Part shown: one piece after another, positions 1-13,400 of the stretch
Position numbering within the stretch: the stretch's first letter is position 1
How the letters are laid out: each line of letters opens with the position of its first letter
NCBI GenBank assembly: GCA_051294375.1
Contig: CM119270.1
Location: 13,156,746 to 13,220,745, forward strand
DNA: 64,000 bases
Reading direction: 5' to 3'
Origin: Paraspadella gotoi
Lineage: Eukaryota > Animalia > Chaetognatha
The notes under the pieces: generated by a model
What the model saw: only the letters and a program-made list of their open reading frames with translations
What the model was told of the DNA's origin: nothing
Databases searched by the model: none
Translations under genes and position numbers: made by a program

Positions 1-898
1 TTTATATAGACATTAAAAACGTTTATTTTTTATTTCGTATCCTAAAAGTGCTCTTTAAATAAACATTTTCAAACCTAGTTTCTTTCATGAATTCTGAGAA
101 AGATGATTTTAAGTAAAACCTTACATTTATGACAGAAACTAATTCAACATATTGTTTTACTTTCCCCCTTTTTTTTTGCAAACCCATTTTTGCTATTCCG
201 CGACGTCGACAAACGAAAACATTCTTCATATCATGCCACCTTATTTCAACGCTTATCATAACAGGTGAGTTTTTTTAACATTTATGTGAACTTTATTTAA
301 CATATTCCCGCGCAATTTGGAGAACGGTACCAAAGAAGTTCTGCTTTTTGTTTAAATTTTATAATATGATAATTTATATTTATGAAAGGATCTTAAAAAA
401 AAATATTTCAAGGTTGAAGCTTTGAACTTTTAAATGATCCAAAAATAATTTATTGTTTTATTTTGTAATTTTCTTTTGTTTTGTTTACTGTCGGCGAGAT
501 GGCAGATGCCAAAACCGNNNNNNNNNNNNNNNNNNNNNNNNNAACCCGCGGAGATGCATGATGCAGTTCTGGCGACAAAAGCCGATGCTGACACCGGCCG
601 CCGCCTTTTGTTTAATTTTATTGGATGTTTTTCTCTCTCTTCTCTCTCAGTCTCATCTACTCGTCTCTCTCTCTCTCCACGATCTCTCTACTCTACTGAT
701 CTATAGGATCGTTTGGAGAAGAAAGCTATTTGTTGGTTGTCTCGTCAAAAAAAAGTGACTGTGATACATACTTGAAGTTTAGACCCAAGTGGATGCAGGC
801 AGAGCAGAAAAGAGAGGAGAGACAGAAGAGAGACGAGAGAGCAAGAGAGAGAGAAGGGAGAGAGAGAGAGAGCATACGGGTATACTAGAGATTTGCGG

Positions 899-1455
899 CG
901 CAGGAAGCCATGGTGTCCGGTCCACCTCCACCGATGCCCTTTTTGTCGCAGCACCACTGGCCGGACCACGTCCGCCGGCCAATTCTTGCCGCACCCATCC
1001 ATACCCCCTTGCGTACGGGGACTGCCTCACGAGTCGCGGATTCGAGCAGAAAAAAACTCTGATCGTCGCAGAACATCCCGGCGGATCAACCCAGGATTCG
1101 TCCGGCAGTATCGTGGTCGCGGACTTGCTTCTTTCAATTCTTCTCTGGGTCGATTCTCTCATTTTATAAAATTTTCACTATATTCTTGCAGGAAAGCCAA
1201 TGGGTGCTCCGGCCACGACGCCTTTGTTCCACCGCCAGTGGCCGGCACGTCACCGTCCGCCTGGTCCCCAATCTTCTGCCGCGACTCAGGTCGGCCCACA
1301 ACGGATATCGAGAAGAAAAACAACTCTGATCGGGAGAAATCGCCGCGGATCAACAGGAACTTATCGTCCCCCCGGCTCAGATCGTGGTCGCTCGCGCACC
1401 AGTTCTTTTTGCTCTTGGGTGCATTCTTTCATATTTCTAAATCTGCACTTATCCA
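899..1455. repeat. Diverged tandem duplication of a ~290-bp GC-rich unit
   Basis: Shared anchors: gcaggaagccatggtgtccgg (899) vs gcaggaaagccaatgggtgctccgg (1188); tcgagcagaaaaaaactctgatcg vs tcgagaagaaaaacaactctgatcg; atcgtggtcgc in both units. Differences are mostly indels. Confidence 0.75.
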
Positions 1456-1859
1456 GATCAATTCTTTTTGGGGAAAACTAACTCTCATATTACAAATAAC
1501 CTTTTTAGGAATACATTGGTCCTATCTTTCTACTGTCGATTCTTTTTCCATCACTTCATATACAGGGGATTAGCGGAGGGAGTGAGAATAGTGGGGAGAA
1601 GAAAGAAGAAGCGGGAGAGAAGGGGAGAGAGAGAGAGAGAGCTTCCCATGCATCGAAGATACTACTTCGATCAGAGCGCAAGTACCATCTAGCAGACGCA
1701 GAGAGCTCACTCGAGAGGCTAGGGCAGAAAAGAGTAGAGACTAGATGCAGTACGTCCTCAATCACCACATAATTTCCTAAACTCCCTCATCTGCTAATTC
1801 CATAATCCGCTGTGTGTTTATGCTGCGAGTGACTTGGAGGACAAAATCAAAACAAGAGC

Positions 1860-4760
1860 ATTTTTTCGCTCTATCTGTGTAGAACTCAGAATTTAAACAT
1901 GAGTCTAGACCTACTCTCTCTTCGCTGAGGTTTGAAATGAGACCAGAAAATAATTCAAGTCACCATCCGAAATATTTTTGCGTATTTGGCTACTCGAGAC
2001 ATACAAGCGAGACCCAGAGAGACCAGTTAGACATCACATAAACAAAAAAAGAGGAAAATATACCATATAAATAAAAGCACCATAGTATTAAGTTATATTT
2101 GGATCAGATGGTTATAGAAAGACAAAACTCTAAAAGAACATCTGAGAGACGATATATATTGTTTCTAACACCCGATCTCATGGCGTTTAGATAGGATGAC
2201 ACATAATGAAAAGTTATATCTAAATAAAATTCAATAGTGTAATTAAAAATATTTTATAATACCCGCAAAACAGCCTGGAAGAAAATAATAATTTTCGTTT
2301 TTGTCGATAACAGGAGGATGTAATTCTTTTCGAGAGTTTACCCATAAAGTTTAGCGCGGGCCGAATATTACTATATACTTGGATCGTATTAGCTCGTGTT
2401 CACGATCATCATAAATGATACACGAACACTCAAAAACACATAGATAATTTAGAATGGAGAAATTGGCACAATATAAAGACTGTTTAAAAATATAAGAAGA
2501 TCCAGGATGAGTAGGGAAGTGGCTTAAGTCAGTCTATGACTTTATACTTTATATAATGTATAATTTTAAACGCAGTAATATTTCTAATTGCGAGAGTTTC
2601 TGTTTCAACGAGGTAACAGTTTCGCGGCACTCAGTCAATATAATATGGAGTATTTTATAACTAGAAATAAAATGGCGAGAGGAGTTAAAATAATCTCTAC
2701 TTATTTGTGTCGGGTAATTACTTCTGGTCGTTCTTCTTATTGTGTAATTTTATCATTTAATAAAAAAACTGTCACAAGGAGTTTTTTTTAGATTAATCAT
2801 GTAGAGTAAATAAATTTTTATTCTTTATTAATCCCATATATTTGGAAGACGTTCACTGATTAGATAGATTTAGGTTTTTCAAGTGTATGTATATTAAGTC
2901 GCTGAGTGTTCTGTTATATCAGGGATACTTTGAGAACACGAGGTTCAACTTTTTCTAGGGAAACGTTGCTGAGTAAACTACACAAATATAATGTAAATAG
3001 ACGATTTATTCACGAAGATTTGGAGCCCTAAGTTACAAAGCGAAGAGTGAAATTGGCTATCATAATTCTCCTCGAATAGGAGATTATGACAAGAGAGCTC
3101 ATAAATCCATAGTAATATATATGCTTCGTTCATATGTTTCACACGAGAGAGTTTTCCACCGAATACTCCTCTCCTTGTATTATCCTGGGCTGTCACATAA
3201 CAACTCATTGTTAAATAGTTAGCTACACTGTGTCTGATAAGTCACATGAAGTTGGCGCTCTTTTATGGGTTAACAATCTCAAGTGATAAAGGCACCTCTC
3301 AAATTAGCTATACAGAAGGTCACATATATCTTACTAATGGCACGCCACTGCAGATACAAGGAACGCGTATAGTATTACCACCCTTATCCCCTCCAGTATC
3401 ACAAAATAATTTTGGACCGAATATTAGACTGTTTAATCTGTTACGCAACATTCTATTACGAGCTGGACGATCCTAATAAACCCAGAACGTGAAATCTCTC
3501 TAAATAAGGATATAATTTTGTACACCGTAATATTCTCCGATTCGCTTATCCACCAACGACGTCTCTCTTCATTTGCGAGCAGTTCGATCGCTGGAGCATA
3601 CGTGTATAGACGCTACGTCTTGTTGATTAATATAAATTTGATATATTCTTTTCACTCAAACATACATAACTACACTAGCATATTACAACATGAGCGTCTG
3701 TGTCATCGGTGAGGACAATGCCGATATGACCTTTGTAGATGGACTGAATGTGCTATGAAAAAAAGTTTTCAATTTTTTAATTCTCTCAAAGTTAGAAAAA
3801 TTTCACATAAAAAATCTTGATTTTTATCTAAATACATCAACAACAATAAACTAAGAAGAATAGAGTTCCATAACCGAAATTTAAATATGATAGCAAACAG
3901 TATATTCAATCTTACGCTTGCCTCATAGAGACATACTATTCCATCCCACCGGAGACCGTACTAGAAGTCTCAATCTCTCTCTCATCATGCATTCTCTTCA
4001 CACTAATAGTTTTCTCAATAATAGAGTGTTTCTCTTCTCTTGTTCTATCATTTCTCCTGTAATCGTTGGTAAGCGTTCATTTCTCGCCTCCAGAAGAGTT
4101 TAATTTGCGTAGGTGCAGGTGCGGGACCACTTTACATTTTGTGTGAGTAGATTTTATTTTTTTTCTTTTAGGTAATTTTATTTTTCTTCGTCCCACTACT
4201 GATTTTTTTCATGATAGGTTCCGAACAAGGGCTGAATTTTTATCACTAAAACCGTTATTGAAGACTGCAGCTGCGCAAACCGGATTAGTTTAGGCGCTTC
4301 ACTGCAAAGGACCAAGTAGTGGATTGCGACACAAAAACGGCGAGGAAGCTGAACGAGTATGGAGACAGAGAGAGATAGGTTCATCGCGACTTGTGAAAGA
4401 TATCGTGAATATTTGCTGATATGGAAGTTCGACCACTCGTCTTCTGAGTAGACAGGATTGAGAGTAAGCAGAGAGAAGAGAGAGAAATTTCGGCCATTAG
4501 AGAGGATTTGAGGAGCGCAGAGAGGAGAGGAGCAGAGAGAGCCGAGGAAAGCCAGATTTATGATATGGAAGTAACAAGAAAAGAGCTCAAGACGAAGGAT
4601 GATAAAGTATCAATTACGTTCGTACTTCACTTCTGCCAACTTGTTTCACAGGTTGCTCCCTCTTCTTATTTCTTCTCCTCCATTCGCTCGCGATGTTTCT
4701 TTTCCCATTAAATCCATTAGTCGTATCTTCGTTTTCTACACCTTCCCATCTCCACAGTCT
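1860..4760. repeat. Diverged collinear copy of ~7945-9870 (probable error-rich duplicate)
   Basis: Collinear anchors: ccagaaaataattcaagt (1943) vs ccagaaaataaattcaagt (7999); gaagactgcagctgcgca (4260 and 9376); gccaacttgtt and ccttccc/ccttcc-atc-ccaca (4635-4755 vs 9769-9868). Judged by eye only. Confidence 0.6.
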
Positions 4761-6109
4761 CTCGCCTATCTTCAGCACGGATCCGTGCTTCCATCATAAT
4801 AAATTTGAGACACCTTCTTATTACCCCTCTTCAACCCCCGATATTTCCATCTTCACCGCCCCCACACTCCTGTCACAGACCTCAGTTAACCCCTGGCTCC
4901 TTCTCGTCCGGGCCTATTCCTACACCACTGCCTGGATTAAAATCCGCCAAAACATCCCACCACCTTCCGATTGGTGTCACAATTAAATTGGGATAGTCCT
5001 AGACTCAAAAATATTCTAAAATTGTTTTTATTTTGGCTTTTAATAATCAATGATCAAACTTTAGTATAATTATTAAATTGATATCATTTAGACTTACATA
5101 TTTTAAGAAATTTTTTTGTATTTTCTTTTAAATTATATTTACAAATATATTTTTAAGGGAAATGTTTTTCTAAAACTACAATATGCAAATACAAATTTTG
5201 TCATATTTGGCTTGGTCAATGGTGGTTTCCCCATTCTCAAGGATTAATCCTTTTTAAAAACAGATAGACTGACAAAAGATCAGATTAATTAATTAAATAA
5301 TTAAACGTAAATTAATAAAAAAAAAATGGTATCAATTTGTAAAAAAATTGTCAGGGTAATCGCATTTGAACTGTATTTTATCTCCTCTCTGTCTCCTTTC
5401 TCTCTCTCTCTCTTCCTGTAGAGAGACTTGGCTCTCCGCGTCACAGGGTAGGAATGCTCGTCGTGAGGAGGCTCAACTGCATTCTGCAGATCCGAACCGT
5501 CTATATACTGAGATCTCTCAAAGCAAACCAAATAATAAAAAGGTCGAATCGTAAAATGTAAAAAAATTATAAAAATATAAATCAGAAGAAAATCCAGCGT
5601 AATGAACAGAAAATCTCCCAAGAAAATAACGGCGTCCTAATGAAAAAGTTCGTAAGATTAAAAATTTAGGTTGATATGCCAGAGAAATCGTTAAGAATCG
5701 TATATAAAAAAAGGATCTGAAGTTAGTCTGGAGAGCTTTTCCTAGAGACTATGATGAGAGCTCGTACGGTTAACCATGGTCGGTCGATAGGTAAGTCCGA
5801 GACATCGTCTCTGTCGCCGTCTCCTCAGTCTCGTCCTTTCTCTCACTCTCTCTCTCTCTTTCTCTCCACTCTTTTCTATTCCTACTCTCTCTCTCTCTCT
5901 CTCTCTCTTGAAATAATTTTTATAATGTTAGTTGATTTGATGATTGATGATTAAAAATGACGACAAAGAGGATATGAATAGACAAGAACAAGATAACAAG
6001 ACAAAATATCCCCAAACAGTGAAATAAAAACCAGTTGAGCAAACTTGATAATCTAGGGGTCTTAATGGGTTTACTGGATTTGATCTTCTTTCTCCAATTA
6101 AAACTGAAA

Positions 6110-6760
6110 AAATGAAAATCCGTTTTAACCTATTAGCACCTGTTAATCTCAGGCCAGCTTTAAAAGATGAAATATTCTTTTTTTACATAACAAAAACCTT
6201 CGTGAAACCGAATTTGTCAAAATAAAAGATGAAAAAAGAAATTTAAAATCCTGTTCTTTCTTTGTATTTCTTGGAATTGAAAGTTCATTGTAAGGCTTGT
6301 TTCTCTCTTAAAATACAAAATCGCTAAAATCCGCATTAACCAGTTATTTACTAGAACTTATGCTACCTGTTTAACCTAACAATATTTAGTTCAGATAAAC
6401 CGGTAAACGAATACAAGACAGTCAGAAAAGAAAAATCTGAAAACCTAGTTCTTTCTTTGTTATTTTGATGATTGACATGTCAACTGGTTAAGGTATATTT
6501 CCTTCCTAAAACTCAAACCGCAAAAAACCGGCAAACAGACCAGTAATAGCCAAAACCGCATTACTAACTAATAAAACTATGATCAATTTTTAAAATATAA
6601 TTAAACTGTTTAAAACGGGGTAACTGCAAGAAAAATTTTTTAATCTTGAAACGTAGTTAATTTCTTATTATTTTTGCGGAATGTCTGTGGTTGAATAATG
6701 ATTTGAAAAATTCAATCTCTCTAATTTAAAAAATCCGCAATGTAATCGTCATCAAACACA
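6110..6760. repeat. Degenerate AT-rich tandem repeat, period ~200 bp
   Basis: aaaatccg/aaaaccgc recurs at ~6115, 6326, 6552 and 6730; aatcctgttctttctttg / aaacctagttctttctttg / aaacgtagttaatttctt recurs at ~6247, 6441 and 6649. Confidence 0.4.
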
Positions 6761-7489
6761 CGACTAACTAAACCTTCCTTTATCTAATAAAACCTATAGG
6801 ATATTACCAGCAGGATAACCTGGTTAAACGAGTGACATATAGTAAAAAAAATGTTGTTGTAAAATTTTTCAATGTAAAATACATGGAAGTAAGTTAAGAA
6901 AAAATTATATTACTACACTTGTGAAAAAACCATTTGTCCTTATGCCACATATCCAAGGGCAGACAATCAGCTTCGAATCGCCGTATCATTTATGCAATAA
7001 CCATATTATAAGAAAATATGGCAAGTGGCCAAATAAAAAAACCTAATTTATTTTAGAGAAGTAAAGAAAATGTAAAAGAAAAGAAAGAAAGGTTACGAGC
7101 TTTTAGCCGATCTTTTCTGGTCAAAGCCCGCAAGACCGATCTACTTATCATTAACTATTAAAATCGAATCGCTGACATGACTTTTTCTCACTCGATTTTG
7201 AAATTTTTTTTTTCCTGAGGTTGAGCTACCGTGCCCCCCCCTCGTCCTCTTTTTTTTTTATTGTCCCCTTTCCACCTCTCGATCTATTTTTATTTTCCCA
7301 TTTTGACCCAGTAACGATCGAAAATCGCGACGAGAGAGAGAGAGAGAGAGGAGGTGAAAAAGGCCAGGAAAGAGCAGCCCAGCCTTCCCGGGTGGCGCCG
7401 CGTATCGTCGTTCGTCTCGACCCCGGAGAAGGTTAATCGGGGAGTTGAGCTCGAGTTTTCTTCCAGGGGGAAAGGGAAAGGGGGGGGAC

Positions 7490-7750
7490 AGAAAGAGAAA
7501 GAAAGAAAGAAAGAAAAAGAAAGAAAAGAAAGAAAGAAAGAAAGAAAAAGAAAGAAGAAGATAGAAAGAAGAAAAAAGGAAATAAACAAAAAAAAAAAAA
7601 ATAAATAAATAAAAAATAATAAAAATAATAAATAAATAAATAAATAAATAAATAAAATAAATAAATAATAAATAATATGAATAAGTAAATAAAAATAAAT
7701 AAATAAATAAGGAAACAAAGGACAAGAAAGAAAGTAATAAAGAAAAGAAA
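7490..7750. repeat. (GAAA)n followed by (AAAT)n simple repeats
   Basis: Read directly; accounts for the F/L/Y-rich minus-strand ORFs at 7258-7932. Confidence 0.9.
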
Positions 7751-7944
7751 AGTAGAAGACGGGGCACAATGTCAAGAAAGTGGCCGTCAGAATGGGGTAA
7801 GTCGAGAAGTGAAGAGAGAGAAGAGAGACATGGGGAGCGGAGAGGGGAAGAGAAGCGACATCTATTTGGCGGAGAGGAGCCATTAAGTCTTTGGCGAGGC
7901 AATAGGCAATTTGCATAATATTCAATGTTCAAAAAAAAAGAAAT

Positions 7945-9870
7945 ATTTTTCGTTGTAGAAATCAGATTTAATTATTGATTCTCTTCTGAGGAAATGAACC
8001 AGAAAATAAATTCAAGTTAACCTCCGAAATTTTTGATTTGGCTATCGAGCAAAAAGACAGCCAAACGTGGCTAATATACAATTAGTACATATATGCCAGT
8101 AGTAATGTAGAAAATCTAGAAATACTGATGAAGCACCCATAAGTGTAATGCCTAATAAAAAGGTATATATCGAACCTGGAAAAAAATATTTCGAAAAAGA
8201 GCTATCTCAAATAAGTATTCCGATTCAAACCTGGATCGATGTCGCACGATATTCAAAGACCGAAATAAAAAAAGAAATAGAATGAGAAATTAAATAAATT
8301 TTAAAAAAAGTCCCAGGAGTGAAGTTTTAAGTCAATTACTTTTAAATTTATTTTAAACCGAATCTAATGGAGACGTCTTTTCAAAGTAAATACTTTTAAA
8401 ATTAACTGAGTCTAATGAAGATCGATTTTCTTTTTCGGTTTCGCGTCTCAATTTTCTTTTAACACCATTTTTTTTAGATTCAATTTGTGAAATTCTTTTC
8501 CAAATTTGACTCTTGATTTGTTATTCCAGTGTTTTTCTTTGCCGAGGTCTTGGTGATTTCATCCCGTGTTAATCTGTTAACCGGAACTGACCGTTTTTTC
8601 AGACGTTGCTGTTAGTGACCGATTTTTCACAAGTTATGTCACGTCACAATTGCGATGGTGGGTACCATTTCGTTCCAACTTCAGGGGTTCCATCCCCTGA
8701 AGGCTTTAGTGTAACATTTTAATTANNNNNNNNNNNNNNNNNNNNNNNNNNNNNNNNNNNNNNNNNNNNNNNNNNNNNNNNNNNNNNNNNNNNNNNNNNN
8801 NNNNNNNNNNNNNNNNNNNNNNNNNNNNNNNNNNNNNNNNNNNNNNNNNNNNNNNNNNNNNNNNNNNNNNNNNNNNNNNNNNNNNNNNNNNNNNNNNNNN
8901 NNNNNNNNNNNNNNNNNNNNNNNNNNNNNNNCAACTACGCCCTTACCCAATAGCAACGTTTGACGATCTTCTTTCGAGCTCACGATTCCAAAACCCGGCG
9001 AAGCTCTTAATGTAAAATGTAAATCTCTCTCTCTCTCTCACTCTTCGTTTGCTAAGTCGACGCGGGCAAACGCGAAGGGGACCTCCGCTTGTTTAATGTT
9101 TATTTCTCTCTCTCTCTCTNNNNNNNNNNNNNNNNNNNNNNNNNNNNNNNNNNNNNNNNNNNNNNNNNNNNNNNNNNNNNNNNNNNNNNNNNNNNNNNNN
9201 NNNNNNNNNNNNNNNNNNNNNNNNNNNNNNNNNNNNNNNNNNNNNNNNNNNNNNNNNNNNNNNNNNNNNNNNNNNNNNNNNNNNNNNNNNNNNNNNNNNN
9301 NNNNNNNNNNNNNNNNNNCTTTCTTTTCTCTCCCTCGATTTTTATATATTCCGCCGCTGAATATAAAAACGTTTTGAAGACTGCAGCTGCGCACCGGAAG
9401 GAGGCGCCATGACGGAAATGATGTCGAAAAAAAAAAAAGCATCGGGGAATGTAGTGAAGGTGGAGACAAGAGAGGATTTAGAGCGCTGAAGATTCGAAAT
9501 GGTTCTGCATAAAAACCGAGAGAGAGAGAGAGGAGAGGAGAGCATCGAGAGAGAGGAGAGAGAGAGAGAGGAGAGAGAGAAGGAGAGGGGTAGAAGAGAG
9601 AGAGAGGAGCGGAGATGAGAGAGAGGAGAGAGCGGAATGAGGGAGAGAGGAGAGGAGATAAGAGCGGAGATCTGAGAGAGGAGAGAGAGAGAGAGAGAGA
9701 GAAGGAACCAGATGTTTCTGGGTATCAAGAGAGCTCAGCGAAGGATTTCAATTCGTTCGTCTTCACTCGCCAACTTGTTACAGTCTCTTCATTCCCATGT
9801 CGTGAGTTTCATTTTCATGTCATGTCCGTCATTACCATGCTTCTTCGTTTTTCAACCTTCCATCCACATG
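7945..9870. repeat. Collinear copy of ~1860-4760, interrupted by two N-gaps
   Basis: Same anchors as the 1860-4760 feature; gaps at 8726-8931 and 9120-9318. Confidence 0.55.
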
Positions 9871-11347
9871 TCTCTTGCCTAATTTTAGATTTCCTCTTCA
9901 TACACTAAAAACTCTCGATAGCATAAATTTTAGTCGTTTTCATTGATACATTTTTTTTCACTCTTTACTCTTCATTCCATACTTCACCTCCTTCACTCCT
10001 CATTCACCCATATTTCACAATTCATTCTCAGACTTTACTTTTCATTCTCAAACCTCACCCAACTTCCAACTTTCTTTCGTCTCTCACATATTTGCGTTTT
10101 TTAAAACTTTATCATTTTCTTCTCTCTCATTTTTTTTTGCGGTCAAATCTCCTTCGGTCGCTTTTCTTTTGCGTTGCACTTTACTGATTCTCACTGAATC
10201 ACAGTTGACAGCGCCCTTTGACTGTCTTTTTCGACTTACGTCTTTTTCTCCAAAAGAGCTTATTGCCAAACTAATAAAATATTAGATGTCAGTCTACTTC
10301 CAGTATTAATTTATAAATATTTATCGAAATTTATCAAGATCCGTTTAATTAAACGACAGTCAAATTTCATAAAAATTTAATAACTTGCACATCAAATATA
10401 AAACGCTTTTGTCATTTTAGAAATCATGATTGAAAGCTCCGTATTATGTTTTCATTATTAACATTACTCTTCCCTCCTCTACTACTAACGTTAATACTGG
10501 TGTATCTTCCCAATCATCTGTGTTACCATCTCTATCACCATCCGTCCCCCCTTTCCCTTTTTCAACCATCATCTCCACAACCGCGGAGACTCAAAGCAAA
10601 TAAAATGGAAGTCGAGAGGGCTCGCCGGAAGTGGGCGTGGAGACCAGAACGGGCGTGTTTGTGGGCGTGGCGAGGACGAGGGGAGGAAAGGAGGAGATCA
10701 GGAGTCGTAAGAAGAAGGGAGGAAAAATTCGGAGGTTTGAATGGGGAGGAGGTAAAGAATGAAGAATATCGAAGGAAGGTAGAAACGCGAATAGGGGAGA
10801 AATTGAAAGAGAGAAAAGATTTTTGGATGAGGAAAAAGTTAAGGAATTCGAGGAAAAGTTAAATGGAAAGGGGTTAAAGAGGAGATAATAAAAGATTTTA
10901 ATAACAGATAGAGTTTAGAGCGACAAAATCGCGGGGATTCTCGGAGATACCAGTCCATTTAGCATAAAATCCAAAAATAGAAACGTCCAAGCGGAATTGG
11001 CTGGGTTGGTTGGACTACGAGAAAGGGCCAACTTGGCGGGCTGGGTTGGATGAAAAGAATGAAGATCATCTGCCGCCAGGGAACGGTACCATGGTTGTAT
11101 CCTCGAGATGGTTTCTCGTTCCTGAGTTGGAAGGATTTCAGACTTTTTGATTTCTTAGATTCTCCACCGACAAATCAGAGAAAATCCTATTTTTTTTTCC
11201 TCGCGACCGCAGTTTCCGAACTCCTTTTGTTGTTGTTGTTGTCGTTTTTGTGTGTTGTTATTCATTCCGTTGGACGCGAGGGATTTTCTTTTGGTCAAAG
11301 CCAATTTTTGATGGAGAATTCATAGAAAGCTGACGTGGTTGTCTTTG

Positions 11348-11380
<33 letters not shown>

Positions 11381-11661
11381 TCGTTCTTGTTTCTTCCTCT
11401 TAGTTGTTTACACGTTGTCCTTTTGGTCTTCGTGTTCATCGTCGATTTTTTTTCTGTTATTGCAACTACATTTAAAATACACATACATTAACATAAAATC
11501 CTTATTTTTAAAAAAAAACGCTATGGTATTTAAAGTTTGCAATGGCTTCTGTCTTTGTCACGCTAATCGTTAAGGTAACGACCAATCTCCAGCAACGTTA
11601 CGAGTTCCGGCAGATTTTAACTGCGCGACGCTTATTGTATATCATTTTAATTCCAAGTTAG

Positions 11662-11712
11662 GGCGCCTATAGTGGCGGCGCCAGGAGTTGCGGCGCCAGG
11701 AGTTGCGGCGCC
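11662..11712. repeat. 15-bp tandem repeat AGTTGCGGCGCCAGG, ~3 copies
   Basis: agtggcggcgccagg agttgcggcgccagg agttgcggcgcc read directly. Confidence 0.9.
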
Positions 11713-11822
11713 TCGTATCCCGGAAATTAAGAGGAGCGTCGGTTCGAGAGTCTTGGCGCTTTGGTGGGGGCGGCGGCGGCGGCGGCAGAGCAGGCATTTC
11801 AAAGATGCTTTATATGTAACCA

Positions 11823-11825
<3 letters not shown>

Positions 11826-11905
<80 letters not shown>
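11826..11905. repeat. (CT)n microsatellite, representative of dozens of GA/CT tracts in the window
   Basis: Pure dinucleotide run. Other examples: 30355-30430, 38707-39002, 40208-40290, 40798-40908, 51113-51211, 52012-52108, 53101-53205, 55202-55288. Confidence 0.98.
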
Positions 11906-11908
<3 letters not shown>

Positions 11909-12514
11909 AGGAACTGACGAAACTCTAGGACCCTAGAGATTTTTTTCACCTGAATGAGAAAAGATCGAAAGAAGTTAAGGGACTGTGTCATTTTTGGGGT
12001 CCAGATATGAAAGTGGCCCAAACTCGTGAATGAACTCCTCTGACCTTGGATCTCTTTGCAGAAGTCACGTATCTCTTATCTTTTTCACAACGCAAAATTT
12101 TATATTCAGGCTAAACCACTTACACACATTGCATTGCTAAGCATAGTGGCTGATGCAAAGCAGAATGACGAGCATATGACTCAAGTTTAAAAGCTTAAAA
12201 TAACGCTTACAGTATTTCTCCGCTAAAAAATTTTTAATAGATAAAGAAAAATTATATAGCTTACAGGATGAATGCGGAATGCGATTGATCTGAAAGTTTC
12301 AACTTTTATGCTTTTTGATAACTATTGATTACTATTGATTGCCAAATTAATTACCTATTGATTATAAAACCAGATGCTGTTTTGGGCATCGCGATAGATC
12401 AGCCTGGTCAGTCTTGGTCAGTATGTTTTTTTGTCAGTCTGTCCCACTTATATCATCAATTAAAAGAAAAGAGGATCACCTTAGAGCGAGAGAGAGAGAG
12501 AGAGAGAAAGAGAA

Positions 12515-12770
12515 AGAAATTGTAAAAAGGAGGCTATGAATGAGGATAAGAGAGAAAAAGAGAGAGAAAGAAAGAAAAAATGTTGAAGAGGAACACAAAT
12601 GAGAAGGAGGAGGGAGGGGAGAGGAAGAGAGAAGAGAAAGAAATGTAAAAAAGAGGGTCATGAATGAGGATGAGAGAGAAAAAAGAGAGAGAGAATATGA
12701 AAAGGAGGAACACGAATGAGGAGGAGAGAAGGAGGGAGAGAGAAAGAGAGAGAGGAGGAAAGAGAAAGAA
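12515..12770. repeat. Purine-rich tandem duplication, period ~122 bp
   Basis: tgtaaaaa..gagg..atgaatgaggat..gagagaaaaa..gaggaacac..aatgag occurs at ~12521 and ~12644. Confidence 0.7.
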
Positions 12771-13049
12771 AGAAAAAAAAAAAAAAATAAGTTTGAGCCA
12801 AACAGTGTCGATCTGCCCGCAATAATTTAAATTATGGATGCGATGTTAAGATTTTCGATGCCATCACGATCGGAAACAATCATTCATAGTCTATCAAAAA
12901 TGATTCCAATTGATGTGAGAGAAAGAGAGAGAGAGAGACAAGAGACAAACATACTAATCAAAACAGATATAACCATAATAAAAATGATGTAGATGATAAT
13001 CCAATGATGAGAGAGAGAGAGTTAATTGTGTCTTTTATTTTTTTCATTT

Positions 13050-13400
13050 CTGATTGCACGATCCATCAAAACTTCATATCTAGCTTAATCACAACTTTCC
13101 GACACACATACAAAGTTTCATCTTGATTTTTATATCAATTTTTAATAATTAAAGCATTTAACCAGTAAAAAAAAATTGGACTTTCGTTTTTATTTTTTTT
13201 GTTTCATCCATTAATCCATTAATTGGTGTTTTTTGCTAAGGTGGGACGGACAGACGGATATCATTTTTTGCATAATTTATCATAACTCGATGTTCTGACT
13301 TGATATAAGTGTATGCCCGACAAGATTGAGAGGGCGGACCGACGGACAAAAAAAATAAATTATAAAGTGGGGATCTGTTAATAAGCAGATCCGACTAAAA
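13050..13400 (+). mobile_element. Helentron/DINE-1-like non-autonomous element (3' part)
   Basis: ggacggacagacgga (13244) and ggaccgacggac (13336) microsatellite-like runs, then a stem-loop ggatctg(13371-77)/cagatcc(13386-92) followed by an A-run. This matches the HINE/DINE-1 layout. The 5' boundary is uncertain. Confidence 0.5.

Noticed and set aside
893-1573. Kringle-like motifs (PWC, xCR, YRG) in the tandem unit
   Set aside because: The motifs lie in different frames and in the wrong order for a kringle domain.
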